A DNA stretch of 61,645 bases, the filler included, from Hausera hauseri (lineage: Eukaryota): assembly GCA_046269625.1 (NCBI GenBank). It is 10 parts of 10 records of this genome, joined end to end, with 100 filler letters (N's around TTAATTAATTAA, not from the genome) between each part and the next. Parts side by side here need not be neighbours in the genome. Positions count along the whole stretch, not along the records: positions 22,343 to 27,381 come from JBJURY010354153.1; positions 27,482 to 32,829 come from JBJURY010273730.1; positions 32,930 to 40,166 come from JBJURY010028671.1; 7 more parts are not named here. One strand, 5' to 3'. The notes beneath the pieces are model-generated. The model did no database searches. It was not told the origin of the DNA and was given only the letters and a program-made list of their open reading frames with translations. The translations under genes were made by a program, and so were the position numbers. Below, piece by piece: positions 22,769-34,176 of this stretch (position 1 is its first letter; every line of letters begins with the position of its first letter).

Positions 22769-23105
22769 GGTGCTGAATGTATTTCCGTTATTATTATTCA
22801 TGTTAATAAATTTTACATATATTAGGATTATGACGTTTCGTACAGTAACTGACTTTTTTATACCGGAAATTGATGAACGTTAGTTGAAAAGAGTAATGAA
22901 AGAAGGATTTGTTTATGTTTAGTCTTCAAAACTAAAATGAAACAAATCATTCTTTCATTAATCTTTTCAACTAACGTTCATGGAATCATGCCGTAGAAAC
23001 ATGGGGTTTGTAGTTTACAAAAAGTCACAACCCTAATATATGTATCATGATAATTCCGCGAAATTTATTATCATGAAGAATGATAAAGGGAACATATTAA
23101 ACACC
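22769..23105. mobile_element. Foldback/MITE-like element with nested inverted repeats
   Basis: Inner near-perfect palindrome 22873-22981 (ATGAACGTTAGTTGAAAAGA...TCTTTTCAACTAACGTTCAT); imperfect outer arms ~22769-22835 and ~23020-23105. Confidence 0.7.
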
Positions 23106-23486
23106 GATGTATGTAAAACTATACAGAACACTGTATTTATTTGAGTAATAATAAAAATTAGTGTCGAAACATTCAATTGTGACAGCGTCAATTCGGTTTC
23201 GCTAGGAAACATTTTTCAAATTATTAATCATCATAAAATTCCACACATACATTTCAAATTTCGTAAAATAGTTCTTTTTTATTAAAAAGTGAAAATATAG
23301 CACAAAATGAAACCTTTTCAAAACTATTCAAAGTACAAAATATTTTATTAATGAGATAATACACGCATATTGCACAAAGAGACGTACGAAACACAATGCT
23401 TATAATAATACGTGATTCTGTTATACGACGCTGTACGTCAGTGAAGGTTTTATTTGTTATTGAATAAACTTGTTGTATTAAAATCT

Positions 23487-23736
23487 TGTTATAGTTTGCC
23501 ATCGCCCATTAAGGAGGATTTGTACCACACTAAGTGTTAAAATAGTTTAAAATATATAGTTAAGAGTGAGACATCGTAAGTTTAAGACAGGATATTGCAT
23601 TCAGTACAAGCATACTAAAATCAGGGCACAAACAGTTTAACGAAAATGTTAAACCGTCGTGCATAAGAATCAAATGATTTTCAGTGTAACGTACTGTTAT
23701 AGTCGGGAGATGTCTAGGCCCACTGTTACTATAACA
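23487..23736. mobile_element. Solo-LTR-like unit
   Basis: Bounded by TGTTATAG...CTATAACA; shares motifs with 33867-34098; no clear target-site duplication. Confidence 0.45.
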
Positions 23737-26712
23737 AGTGTATAATCAGCAGATATTCTTTACGAAGATTGGCCTATTTTAATTCCAATTTGATTCATTA
23801 TTATGTATTCAAAACGTAATGCTTTTCACATAGACTTAACAACAATGTCCATCTTTTGCAACTAATTATATATATATATATATTGACCTTCAGAAAAGAT
23901 ATTTTAAATTATAATATGGATATCCAAATGGTTCGATATTAAAAACTTTCAATGGGCGTTAAATTGTTCATGAAATAATGAATTTTTACAAAGTCAAATT
24001 CAATTACCTGACTTTAAATCTAGTTTCATAAATGTCCAGAATATTAATTATTTTACATGTTAATCGAAAAGATTAATGATTCACAAATAATGAATATTAC
24101 GTTATTTGTTCGATGGAACTGAGACTGCATAATTAAACAACGAAAAGTCAATATACTCACTCTGCAGTATACGGTAAACGCATACCAACAATTACGACGA
24201 AGCATGCATATTCTACAACAATAACCCAATCAATTACACAATAGTCAATAAATACACACATGCATGTTTAAGTACATTTGTAACCCTGAAAACATCATAG
24301 CTAAGTATAAAAGCAACTATTCTAAAACATCATTGAATCAAAGTGTCTAATTTTGAAATAGTTGTATCACATTTCGACCATGATAAAGCAAATGAAAGAA
24401 GTTTAGAAATTTTAGAAGAAGCGTTTAGAGAAGAAAGCGAAACGAAGTCGAGCTGAATACATTAAAAGAAACTAGATAAAGCTGAAGATGGATTATGTCA
24501 TGTTACGATTGGCAAACATTTTAGTAGGTTATTAACAAAATGAATGTTTATTTAATTTTCCATCAATTACAGCTACGTAAGCTGCGAAGAGAAATCATTT
24601 TTCCAAGCCAAAATAAGGGATACACTGGTGAAGCTTTACTGTTTCGGCTCTTAACAATTAGGAATATGACAATAGAATTTTTAATTTAATAAATGTCTGC
24701 TTTGCTGGCTTGTATTTAATTAATTATTACAACAGTACTTTATTGGTGTTTTTCTAATAAAATTATAATCATTTATACATTGATATATTGTGCATTTGAA
24801 TAATTATGAAATTAGACTGTTAGGATTATGAAAATAAGAATGAATTGGAAATATCGTTTTAAGATTGAATTTAATTTATATGATCGACGTTCCAGCAGGT
24901 AAAGTGATCATTATGATACAGGTGAATTCAGCCGAAATGACGATTAAATGCAATTTGAAATAGCATTGATATTTACTTTTATACTTTTCTATATATCGAA
25001 GAAACCTGCTTTAAAAATTAAAATAAAAAACTGAAAAAAATTTATAATAATTATAAAGTCATAACATCTCCCACTACGTTTCGAAATTTGAAATTTGACA
25101 ACATTTTCATTACTTTTCTCGAGCTATTGTTCTTTTAGTATTCGATTTATAGTGTTTCTTGGTTTTCTGACGAAATAAAAAATATCCATCGAATAAAGTC
25201 TATGGCCAGTCATATGCATAAGCAAATTTATACACGATTTAACATTCTATTATGAATTAAACCAATACATTTTAGATTGACAACATCAAGAAAACATGAC
25301 AAATCAATTGTTGAGAAACGAAAGTTTTATAAAAGTTCAAAATTACTAAACATAGGGGAAGAGGAGGGAATTTGAACAAATTGTTTCGACTTTCTCAGGA
25401 CAAGTATTTTCATATTAATAATGAACATTTGCATATCTCTCTGACTATTTGTTATAAAAACCAAGATTTACTGTAAAATTCGTTTCCTTATCAGATAAAA
25501 ACAATCTTAAATAGTATTCCACAAAACGATTTTTATTATTGTTTTGCAGAACTTTATGCACTGACACATTATTTCCCCTCATCAGATACGATAGAAAATT
25601 TATAAAATTTCCAAGTCGTTGGTGGTGAATTTTTTGTTGAAAATAAAATAAATACGCTAACTATTCTGTCGTTGGACTATCGATAGAATTTTGGACTATG
25701 GATGACTTCAATCTTCTATCTGAAAATTAGAATAAAATGTGCCTATAATATAGAAAGAACATCTATAAAATTCCCATAATGTGGCGAAGAACATAATGTA
25801 TAAGTACGTAAAGGAACACAGAAATTATTTCGAGTTTAGATTTTCGAAACTCTAAGAATCACATTTTACATTCAAAACAGTGATGCATAACAGAAATATA
25901 TTTCATTGCTTAAATTGACTTAAAGCAATGATTAAAAATAAATATGAATTTTAAAATGAATATTAAATAATTAAAATAATTTTTATATAAAAGATCATAT
26001 AAATGAAAGAAAAATACTAACGGTATTATCCATTTATTCTAAATGGTAAAAAATAAATTTTACAATAAATGAAAATTTTTTGCTTGGAAATATAATTTCA
26101 AAATGGTGTTGCTCATATTTTATATCATTAAATTGTACCAATTTGTCCCACGGTACAATTTGTTTTCATTATGTGGTACAACTTGTTTTCATTATGCGGT
26201 ACAATTTGTTTTCATTATCAAACTTCACCATTTCACCACAAATAAATTTAGTTTGTGTCCTAATTAATTGCCAGTCATAGCTCGTCAGCGTCAATCATTC
26301 TATCGCCCGTACGATAACCGTATCAGCATCACAATAAACAATAGATTTAATGAAAATGTGTGTGTGCTGTGTGATAGATTATTATAATAATAGCAGTGTA
26401 CAATCGGTCACATAACTGCACGTGAAAATGAAAGTACAGCTGACCACGCCGCCAAAATAACAATAATATTAGACTAAGTATCAGCAGTACAAAGATAGAT
26501 AGAGATGTTCGTTTTCACCTTATAAACAACGTAATTGGAATTCCGTTTGGATATAGACTGTCGAATTATTTTATATTTCTTTATATATATATTGTTTCTT
26601 TTTCCAATTAATATTTTACTAAAGTCGATTTTCCAGTTTGTCATTCATGTTATGTCAGAGTACAATGTATTCGTCTAATTATCAGTTACATCATTAATAT
26701 TACTTTATTCTA

Positions 26713-27381
26713 CGGGGTTGGGCATAATTACAGTAACCGGAGTGTAAGGTCGTTTCTAACAGTTTTGTGCTTATGTCCACCTGTTTTCTAGCTTTCTGGT
26801 TTTTTATAACTACAATTATTTCTAAGGTTATTTAATTAATGACTTAATATTTTTAGATATAGCTAGGAATTATGTTCCTCGAGATTCGATCATCGTCCTC
26901 TACTGGAAGGGAATTTCACAAAATAAGATTTCACAGCAATTGCTTGTTGGGAAATGGCTTATTTTGAAAACATTTATTCACTGTAAAGAACTTTGGACAA
27001 GTCTGGATCGTTTGGAACGTGGTAGAAAAGTAACGTCAACAACTTTGATCAACATTAAAAAGTGCGTGACAAACTCTTATATCAGGCTTCGCGTTCTGAA
27101 AACAAAATTGCAGCAGATGTTAATTCCATTGGANNNNNNNNNNAAGTTTAAAATGAAAACTTATAAGTGTTCTTTACAAAAAGAAACGAGAAAACTTCTC
27201 GAAGCCCTTGACGCATTGTTTCAGCGGTATTGATTATCGTTATGTCTTATTCACCGATGAAAAGATTTATACCATCGAGCAATTCGTAAAGAATCAAAAC
27301 AATCATGTTTATGCTAAGTCTCAGCAAAACGACAAAGTTTCGCACATTGGATATCCTAAATCGGTAATGGTTTTTGCTGTT
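26713..27381 (+). mobile_element. Tc1/mariner superfamily transposon 5' part (maT/DD37D-like), decayed
   Basis: TA-CGGGGTTGGGCATAA terminus-like sequence; HTH-like region and VLFTDEKIYTIEQ..NQNNHVYA...PKSVMVFA; truncated by spacer. Confidence 0.75.
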
Positions 27382-27481
27382 NNNNNNNNNNNNNNNNNNN
27401 NNNNNNNNNNNNNNNNNNNNNNNNNTTAATTAATTAANNNNNNNNNNNNNNNNNNNNNNNNNNNNNNNNNNNNNNNNNNNN

Positions 27482-30400
27482 TGATGTATGTATTCCAGTA
27501 GACGAAAACATTCCGCCTAGAATCGAAATGATAATGTTTGCACAGATTCGTCAAGACAAAGATCTACCAGTATATTTTGAACCTCAAAAGAATATCGATC
27601 CAAACCTCATGTTTAGCAATATCCTATGCAGTGTAGCAACGGGACGCGTACCTATTAGATTAATGAACAATGCACCAACTCACGTGAGATTGCACGATAA
27701 CACTACTCTGAGTCACAATTGCAGAGTATCGGCAATAATAATAGAAGAAAAACCGTACAAGTCTCAGAATTCTCACCTCACGTCAAAACCAAATTTTCTC
27801 CTGAAGCGTATTGCAAATTTTACGAATTACTATGTAAATACCTCGTAATAATCGCACAAAATGAGGAAGACATAGGTAGGGCAAAAGCCCTGAGATTAAC
27901 AATTCCATTAAGGAAGAAACCTGGTTCTTACGATGAAATCGATCTAGAAGAACAGAAAATGCCCAAATGGTACCCACCTCCTCATTCACTAAGACTAGAG
28001 ATAACTAAAGAAGTAAAACGAATGTTAAAGGCCGATATAATTCGATTAAACTACCGATCATGGTGCTCACTTATACTTATGGTTAAAAACAAAGGAACCA
28101 CGAAACATTGATTTTGTATAGATTATCGGGCAGTAAAAACGCTTATGATGAAGGACTCGTTTCCCCTACCTTCGGTAAAGGAAGCTTTGGTCAGACTATC
28201 GGGAGCAAAATGGTTTACCACTATTGACTCACAATCAAGATACTGGCAAGTGGAAATCGAAGAAGATCGATATAAGACAACGTTTAAAACACATGATGGC
28301 GTGTACGAATTTAATGTTATGCCTTTTGGTATTACCACAGGCCCAGATATTTTTACCAGAATGATGAATAAAATGCTTATGGGATTTGATTATGCATTCG
28401 TGTGCTTAGACAACGTGTTGATATCATCAAAAACGGAAGAAGAGCATTTGAAGGACATTGAAGATACGCTCATGCGACTGGAACAAGCAGGGCTCAAATT
28501 GAATTCCAAGAAATGTAAATGGGCACAAAATGTAGTATCATACCTTAAACATATAGTAGGAGAAGGAGGATCAAGACCGGATAAATCTCTATTAAATAAA
28601 ATATCTGATTGTATAAAACTGCAGAATCAAAAAGAGTTAAGACACTGGTTAGGCCTATATGGGTATTATGCAACTTACGTACCAGATAATTCGAAAATTA
28701 ACGCACCACTATATCGCCTACTTAAAAAAGGAACTAAGTGGAGATGGACAGAAGTGGAGCAAAAAGCATTCAATGAAATGAAGAAAATTTTGAAAAACAA
28801 ACCAGTTCTAAGATACCCTGACTTTAACCGCCATTTATCATTAAAACAGATGTAAGTAAAGAAGGTATAGAATATGAATTATCTCAGAAACGAGAAGATG
28901 AAGAACTAAAACACCCAATAGCCTATGGAGGACACTCGTTAAAGAAAGCAGAAAAGAATCATTCGGTTACCGAATTAGGAACGTTAGCCGGAAAGGAAGC
29001 ACTACGACACTTTAATGCATATGTCTATAAACAAAAGATTATAATAGTGACCGACCACAAAGCAGTTACGACATTGAAAGGACGAGCTAATAACCCAACA
29101 TGTAGATTAAACTGTTGGATCGAGGAAATTTCATGATATAATATTGAATTCCAATACATTCCAGGTAGCAAACATGTCGAAGCCAACGCACTATCAAGGC
29201 TAAAGACAAAAACGAGTGCAATCACCACAGTAAAAAAGCCGCAACTCGAACAACTGGTTGAACGACAACGAACTCTAATAATGAACAAGACGACTAGAAT
29301 TACAACCGGGCAAGCTAAAGATAAGGTTACTCAGCAAATTGTTGAGTTCGCACAAAACGGCAAAGTACCCAAAGGACGACAACTGAAGAAGCACCTTCAA
29401 AAACACGGACATAAATATTACGCATCAAACCAAGATAACATTTTGTAATACGAACAGAAAGGAAGAAGATTAATAGTTATTCTAAAAGGATTACGCACCG
29501 AAGTACTCATGGCTGAACATGACTTGTATTTAGCTGGACACATGTCTTGGAAGAAGACATTGGAAAGAATATTGAATAAATACTACGGGCCAAGAATTTT
29601 TATCGATGTAAAGAATTGGGTAGCTACGTGCGAAGTTTGCGCGACAAAACAAAAGAAAACGAAAGGCTACGTAGCAGAATTAAAACCCATAAACGTAGCA
29701 GATAGGCGCATGCAAGCCATGTCTATAAATATAGTAGGACTTTTACCTAAAACTCACAAAAATAACAGATATATTTTAACATGCGTGGATTGATTGACGC
29801 ATTTTGTCGAACTGGTGGCACTATTGGATCAAAAGCGGAAACTTTAGCCGACGCAATAGTAAGAAAAATCACCTGCAGATATAGACCACCAGAACAAATC
29901 TTAACAGATAGAGGAAAAAACTTCACAAGCGAATTATTCGAAAAAATTACTAAAATATTTGAAATCGAGCGTTTAACCACCACCGCGTACCACCACAATG
30001 TAATGGAATGGTTGAACAAATGAACGCAACGGTCATTCGAATACTATCAACAGTAGTGGGCAAAGACCAAAAAGATTGGGACGAATTCCTAGAAGGAACC
30101 CAGTTCGCGATTAATACAACTCCACATCTAGCAACAGGATTCACACCGTTCTTTATGATATATGGACGATAGGCAATCTTACCCACGGACCTAGGCGTGA
30201 CACCGTACGAAAAGAACCTCGAGGATCTCGAGCAAAATTTTGCCGAAATCTTACAGACAAGACTGCAAAAGTGTTGAGAAGTTGCAAAAACATTGTCACT
30301 CGAATACCAGGAACAAATTAAAAAACAATATAATAAAAAGACTAAGCCCTATGATCTGGAAAAGGGAAATTGGGTTTATATACATTACCCAGACGAAAAA

Positions 30401-30560
30401 AAGTACATCGTTGAAATTAACCCGTACAGGAAGAGGACCATATAAAATCATCCGCACAATGCCGATCACGGTCTATGTTAACAAAAACGGAAAAGAGGAA
30501 GTCGTATCAATCCAGAGTAGTTAAAACAGATATAAGGCCAGCTAAACACTACAAGCTAAG
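27482..30560 (+). pseudogene. pol: Gypsy pol (RT, RNase H, integrase), disrupted
   Basis: FCIDYR, DSFPLP, YWQV, YEFNVMPFGI, VCLDNV (degenerate YLDD), PVLRYPDF, TDHKA, H..AGH....CEVC, EQILTDRGKNF, TTAYH, GPY motif. Confidence 0.95.
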
Positions 30561-31936
30561 ACCACAAGAAAACAAGACTTCATCGATTGTTACCAGACCA
30601 GTATCTTACACACAGATAATAGTAGCCTTATCGTTGATTACTGTACTAACGCCTAAGTCTAATGCCCAATGGTGGGTAGATGAAACTTCGTTGAACGATA
30701 TATATGGAATCAGAAAAAGCGGATTGAAACCTTCACCGCCAAAGGAGAAAACTTCCAGACATAAATCAGAACAAAAAGACGAAAAATTCCTGCAAGCGAT
30801 AAAACTAGATTATTTTTCACCAGAGGCCCCATGTGCCTGGTTTAGGTTACCAGGACCATATGAGGGGTAAGTCCAGATACTATTCCATGACCTGTTAAGC
30901 CAAGCTGAGTTTGATTGTAAATTTAAGCCAGAAGACGATACGATTTGTTGCAACGTAGAGTACGGGCACTCTTACGCTCTCATTTATCGTTCGTATCTGC
31001 CGAACTGTAATGCAATGTACGCCGAAATAAACCTGAATTCACACTTAGTTATATCACAAACTTATGGAGACTACCTTACTATAGAGCTAGAAGACATGCT
31101 CCAGTCCATCAACCCATTAAAACGGATACTAGAAGAAAACGTAGCAAGTATAACAGAAAACCCAAAGGACAACTGTGTCCAAATAAAATAAAAGGACAAT
31201 TAATTAAGGGACGAGTAATCACGGTTCAATTCATAAGAGAGGACAAAGCAGCTCATGACCAACTGTGCTGTCAAATCGACGCCAAGAGACCAAATAAGTG
31301 TTGTAGGTTACCTAGGAGATATAAATATAAGATTCGATTTGACCTATATGATGTCCGACCAAACCAGCCAAGTATTTACCTATGAGGTTATCAATTGGAA
31401 AATTCAGTTCGAGAATTCCACCGGAAATGACGACAAGCAGAATTACGACTACAAGAAGGAGTATGACTACTTTAACTTCCACAAGAACCCTCCAAACAAG
31501 TGGATTACCTAAAAAGGATCTAGAAATGATCCCTATAAATTATTGGACACAACAACGCGAAATAACAATCGTTGTGTAAGAAGCACTTAATTACGACGTA
31601 AAAATAAGCTGCCGAACAGTACATAATAATCAGAAAGTAACACTGGCTAAGTGTAGCCATCGAGGCAAATGTACCTACTTAAAACCTAAAACGGATTACG
31701 TAATACAAGTGGGTGCAGAGAACAAACAAAGTAAAATAATTACGGTACGAACTTTAAACGAGATTGTCTTAACGAAACCACTGACTAATGAGGAAACGAA
31801 AGACGAAACTACGACTACCGATAAAATGAAACATTTAACTAAATGGACAACTTCGTCATTAATATCTATTCTTGGAACGTCAATATTTGCTCTCATAATT
31901 TTTATCGCGTTTTGTCGATTGATTACCAAAGGGTGA
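30475..31936 (+). pseudogene. env-position ORF3: signal peptide, three FN3-like Cys-containing repeats, Thr-rich stalks, transmembrane helix
   Basis: Hydrophobic YTQIIVALSLITVLTPKSNA (30607-30666); repeats CCNVEYGHSYALIY, CCRLPRRYKYKIRF, KCTYLKPKTDYVIQVGAEN; TM SSLISILGTSIFALIIFIAFC. Reconstruction needs two frameshifts and read-through of stops. Confidence 0.65.
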
Positions 31937-32073
31937 TGGTACCGCAGAGTGAAATCAATAATGGAGTAACCTGACAATTACAGGTTGGGTTATTTCACCA
32001 TCTAACAAAGAATTGGTTCAAATTTAGAACAATACTTTGTTATAGGATTGGCCCTTATTTTTTATTTGTCAGA

Positions 32074-32690
32074 ATGGTAAGCGTAGATAGCCGAATTAGC
32101 ATCGACAAATATTTGCGAGAACAAGCCACAGTATTCATTCCGAAATCGAAGTGTATCTACAGGAGGATAACCGACGCATTACAAGCAAAGACTTATCGAA
32201 ATTTTAAAAACTAACGAAATTCTAATTATCTAAAGGGTATTACAGCGGAAAATCGTGCAGTCTTCCTTTACGCAATGCGTGAGGACAATCAGGCCAAAGC
32301 ATATTCCCTAAGAAAATTAATCCGAAACCGACCAGCCAAAATTCAGGATGTATACATCCACCTAGCTGATGGAGAAATGTATTATAAGATAGAAAATCAA
32401 GCATGAAACTCCAATACGGGGCATTAATATCGGTTCAGCACATCTAAAATAAGTGGAGAAGGCCTAGAACGTATTAACTATGGCCTCGAATTCAGAGTAG
32501 CAGCCCTTCCTGTCAAACCTATGTTCAAAGTGACCTACAAAGAGAACTGCAATCTAGGCTTGCCAGTTCTACAGTTTGAACAAACTCCAACCGAGGTAGA
32601 ATAGGACGAACATCGTCAGTCATATAGGCTAGTCCAAGATGGTCGCAACATAAGAATTATAGCAGTAGGGAGAATATGGGAATTGGGGCA
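32074..32690 (+). pseudogene. ORF4, decayed ~200-aa accessory ORF of the Gypsy element
   Basis: ATG at 32074 directly after TTTTTTATTTGTCAG; frame continues through isolated stops (MVSVDSRISIDKYLREQ...AVFLYAMRED...DVYIHLADGEMYYKI... /...GLERINYGLEFRVAALPVKP...). Confidence 0.5.
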
Positions 32691-32829
32691 CAGACCCCGT
32701 GGGGGGGTTAATCAATAAATCGATATTGCACATGTGCCGATCAATAGTGCACCCGGAGCACTATCGATCCATAAAGTGCCTGGCAACGGTGCCGTTAGGC
32801 ACCGTTGCTAAGGGCACTTTTGCACATTT
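32675..32829 (+). repeat. 3' LTR start (truncated by spacer)
   Basis: Follows the purine tract; 32695-32829 aligns by eye with 60536-60671, both ending GGCACTTTTGCACATTT. Confidence 0.7.
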
Positions 32830-32929
32830 NNNNNNNNNNNNNNNNNNNNNNNNNNNNNNNNNNNNNNNNNNNNTTAATTAATTAANNNNNNNNNNNNNNN
32901 NNNNNNNNNNNNNNNNNNNNNNNNNNNNN

Positions 32930-33223
32930 ATTTATATCAACTTTGCAAAATTAAAACAAAAGGTGGTGGGAATAGTGAAACCACGACCACGCCAATGTCT
33001 TTGTTCAGGGGTGGGAATAGTGAAACCACGACCACGCCAATATGTCTTTGTTCAATACTGAAAACACTTTTCCTCAATTCTCATTGGTCAATTTCCTTCC
33101 CCGCACACACACACTCTATTCTGATTGGCCAGTTTCCCTTACCCCGATGACGTGTCCACAGCTGATTGGTTATTTTCCTTCCCGGTGGGGGGTAGTGGCG
33201 TCATGCGCTCCCTTCCTACTACT
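32930..33223 (-). mobile_element. Polinton/Maverick-type terminal repeat end
   Basis: Ends ...CTTCCTACTACT (minus strand begins AGTAGTAGG); GC-rich with several CCAAT/ATTGG boxes and TGACG motifs; ~44-bp tandem duplication at 32965-33055; inner part recurs inverted at 54638-54704. Confidence 0.6.
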
Positions 33224-33866
33224 ATGCAATAGTAAATGAACCGTTAGACGACATAGGAAGTTATAGGGATCTCCAGCGTAGACTAGACCTCCTCAGACGA
33301 CCAGAGTTACCTCTGCTGACGCAATAGGCACATTCACAGATGCCACTCAGGGAGGAGAAATGTCGTAGAATAACTAAATTAGAGTGTCAGAGTATTAATT
33401 ACACTATAGAGGTCTGAATGCGTCGTACGTAAATTATTGTTAATACTAGCTAGCATTATTATAGTTTTGAATTAATCTGTATTCTATTTCAAGTTATTGA
33501 ATTTATCAGTATTTTATTTCAATGCAATCAGTCAATTCTATTGCGAGAAAAGTATTAATCAATTGTTATTTGACATGAATGATTCAAATTACGCAGAAAA
33601 TTTAACAGAAATTGTAAATAATTAATTTATATTGAAGACAATGATCGCAGCAAATAGTATATATGCCATAATGAAAAGAGAGAGGTGAGAAGTCGAGAAG
33701 TCGAGAAGTCAAGGAGAAGTAAAGAGATTGTTGAGTCGAAGATTGTGGAAACCGTTCCAGACATTGATTTTAACTCTGTTACTGACACTGATTCTGATCC
33801 TATTGCTGCTGTTGTTATAACCAGTTAGGAATTTGTTTATTGAATATATTTATTGTTGTTAAGATC

Positions 33867-34098
33867 TGTTCTATATAGTTTGCACCGCTCCTTAAGAGTG
33901 GTTAGAGAGAAACCCTAAGATGTAAAATCAAGTGAATCTTATATAGATAAGAGGAGAATTTTATTACACTTTGCACAGGATTTGCAAGCATTCTGAAAGA
34001 GAAATTCATTAAACCCAACATGCATAAGATAAACTTAAATTTCAAGTGTAACTAGTGTTATAGTTGAGAGTTGCATAGGGCCCACCAAAACTATAACA
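33867..34098. mobile_element. Solo-LTR-like unit related to 23487-23736
   Basis: Shared TATAGTTTGC..C.C....TTAAG start, TGCATAAGA, GTGTAAC and terminal TGTTATAGT...GGCCCAC...ACTATAACA. Confidence 0.45.
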
Positions 34099-34176
34099 AA
34101 CAAACAACAACCTTGATCGTAACACTACAATAGGATCACACTGCAAGTGCGTATGCCTTCAAAAATATTTACATAC

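Larger units (their letters stand above)
27482..32829 (+). mobile_element. Ty3/Gypsy LTR retrotransposon 3' two-thirds: pol - ORF3 (membrane protein) - ORF4 - PPT - 3' LTR start
   Basis: Colinear RT-RNase H-integrase, extra ORFs on the same strand, purine tract AGGGAGAA at 32667-32674, then sequence homologous to the TG...CA unit at 60520-60928. Confidence 0.85.

Noticed and set aside
22828-22862. Second hammerhead-like motif on the minus strand (..ACTGTACGAAACGTC)
   Set aside because: The CUGANGA core is absent.
24000-24290. Possible micro-exons on the minus strand (GTGAGT donor, TTTTCAG acceptor)
   Set aside because: Several splice combinations are possible and none gives a recognisable peptide; cannot be supported without RNA data.
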